Notes under the pieces: generated by a model
What the model saw: the letters and a program-made list of their open reading frames with translations, nothing else
Told to the model about the DNA's origin: nothing
The model's database searches: none
In this document: positions 62,036 through 64,000 of the stretch, one piece after another
Position numbering within the stretch: position 1 is the stretch's first letter
How the letters are laid out: each line of letters opens with the position of its first letter
DNA from: Camelus dromedarius
Taxonomy: Eukaryota
Direction of reading: 5' to 3'
Length of the DNA: 64,000 nucleotides
Assembly (NCBI RefSeq): GCF_036321535.1
Contig: NC_087442.1
Location: forward strand, 63,922,001-63,986,000
Made by a program: the position numbers and the translations under genes

Positions 62036-62694
62036 GTAATTCCTATCTGCAAATCACCTTGTTGCATGTGACCAAATAGGAAGTACATTTTAGAGTTTTT
62101 AAAAATATTTTCAAGTAATATTGCCATGAAGAAAATGAAACAGAAAAATCACAATACAAGGTATATTAAGGACTTAAATCTGAGCTGAACATCAAGAGAA
62201 CCAGGGTCACACTTACAATCAAACTTACAAGCTTTTTCTGTTTCTGCTTTTACTGAGTTACTTTCTAAAGTAACCTTTGTCAATATAAGCCCTTACAAAT
62301 GTAATTATTTTAATGCCTCTTTTTGAGGCCCTTAAAATACTTAGATGCAAAAATAATTATCTTACAACTGAGTGAAAAATTCTATACAGTTGCCGTTATC
62401 AATTTCTCAATTTCATATTAGTTTTATTTTAAACTAATTTATGTGATTGCTCCTAAAACAACACACAGCTAAAGGATTCTTTATTCTGTAGCTAGAGAAC
62501 GCCATCTGGCTCAATATGAGAGAAACCACACTGTTGCACTGAATACTGCTAAAAATGCAGTATTTGGTGTTTCTACAGGAACTTCCTTCTAAAATGAAAT
62601 AAATCATGTTGTGGTGTTTTATTCAATCCATCTAATAAATGCTTTCTAAATAACAATTACACAGATACAGTGAAGGAAGTTAATAGCAATGTTA

Positions 62695-62900
62695 ATAATA
62701 ATATTACTATAACAATACTAGCTAGTTCTAAGCATCTTACATGAATTGCCATATTTAACCTGTACACCAATCCTTTGAGGCAGGCAGGTACTATTGTTAT
62801 TCCCATTTTACAGATGAGGAAACTAAAGCACTGAAAATAATAAGCTACTGAACAGGAATCTTTGTAGAGCTAGAATTCAAATTGGAATGCACAATATCTG
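62695..62900 (-). mobile_element. MIR
   Basis: ctaagcatcttacatgaatt...atttaacc...ggtactattgttattcccattttacagatgaggaaactaaagcac. Confidence 0.85.
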
Positions 62901-64000
62901 GAGCTGGGGGTCTGGCTGCAGAACCCACACACTTGAATGTCACGGTATCTGCCTCTTCTAAGACAGCAAATACCAAGCAAACCCATCCTGTATGTCCTTC
63001 AGAGCACTAAAAATAGGCTGTGATCTGCCTTAGAGGGTTTGTAGTCTAAAGATATGGGCCTTCAATTTTGGTAATACATCACTTTATCAAAAATTAAGAT
63101 GCTCAGAACAAATGATCAGATTCTCCTAATGCAGTTTCATATGTATCCATTTTAAAAACTATACTAACTTTGGAAATTTTAAGTAAAAACTAAAACAGTA
63201 GGTTCAGGCATCAATAGAGCAGTTACACTACATAATCTCTTACATCAATCGTGAATTCTAAAATTCTATAAATTTTTTAAAGAAGGCCAAAAGTTTCTTT
63301 TCTCATTAGATCATCAAAGAATGGTTTCTAAGTAATTTGCAATTTATTTAGCAACTTTCAAATTCCTCCATCCATTCAGCAAACAATGATTAAGTACCAA
63401 GAACCTACCTAGGGTGGAATCCAAAAACAGATAAAATGTAGTTCATGTCTTTGAAGTAACTGAAGTAAATTCCATAGATTTTCAAATATTTTGAGGGAAA
63501 AATTCCCTAACTTATGGAAACTAAGTTTATGAACACTGAATATACACAAGCAATCCGTCCTCAACAACCATGAGCTTGCTACTCTTTCTGACGGCAACTA
63601 AACTAGGCTGGGTTAACAATGCCCTTCTCAGGACTAGTATGTGAAGATCTGAATTACAAAAATGCCTTCAGTCTAGCTCCTCAAAGAAAACCACGGACTC
63701 ACAGACTACAGGTCACTGGATTAAACATTCTTCTTTTAATTCCTGCCTACCCTCTCACTTTAATCCCTTTCCTCCATTCTCTGTCATTTCTTGCTCAACC
63801 ACATAGATTCTCTACTCACACTCAGCTTCTTTTAACATCCCTGCAGTCCATATGTAAAACAATAAATAATCTTGATAACAACAGATAAAGATAATAGTAT
63901 TAATCTGTACCAATACCAAATTTTTTAAAACCATACATTTGAGGTGAAATTTGTCATTAAAACCAGCACCCTCGTATTCTATAGCTCCCAAAAGTAACCA

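Noticed and set aside
579-63888. Remaining 60-130 aa ORFs in the track
   Set aside because: Low-complexity or derived from L1/L2/MLT/MIR sequence or N-gaps; no recognisable domains or exon-like splice context.
38016-64000. Canonical upstream CDK14 exons (MCDLIEPQ..., ALKKDDTTFDE)
   Set aside because: Not seen; presumably further upstream, beyond the window.
1-64000. Prokaryote-type systems (CRISPR, operons, IS elements, defence islands)
   Set aside because: The sequence is mammalian intronic DNA, with no repeat-spacer arrays or dense coding regions.

Overview
Mammalian, AT-rich genomic DNA with five N-gaps. The window lies within the 5' part of CDK14 (PFTAIRE-1/PFTK1), transcribed on the minus strand. 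Two coding exons are supported: an alternative first exon (38015-37947, MHGSFGCNAAAEPGYSAFLGTPQ) and the shared 246-nt exon (22972-22727, ICVAKMSTRNC...RRHSSPSS). They join in phase 0 across a 14,974-bp intron that would begin with a non-canonical GC donor. I did not find the canonical upstream exons or the kinase-domain exons. The rest is intron, made of old L1, L2, MIR, MLT1/ERVL LTR and hAT MER relics, three copies of a short tRNA-Ala-like SINE and microsatellites. The SINE form suggests a camelid host (inference from recall). Almost all other ORF-track entries are spurious. I see no new multi-gene system. The best leads are the GC-AG alternative-promoter unit, an unexplained duplicated ~120-bp hairpin-containing element (30.2 kb and 31.3 kb), a rearranged tail-less SINE copy and a pure (CAG)16 tract. 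Repeat family names come from recalled consensus sequences, not a database search, and repeat boundaries are approximate.
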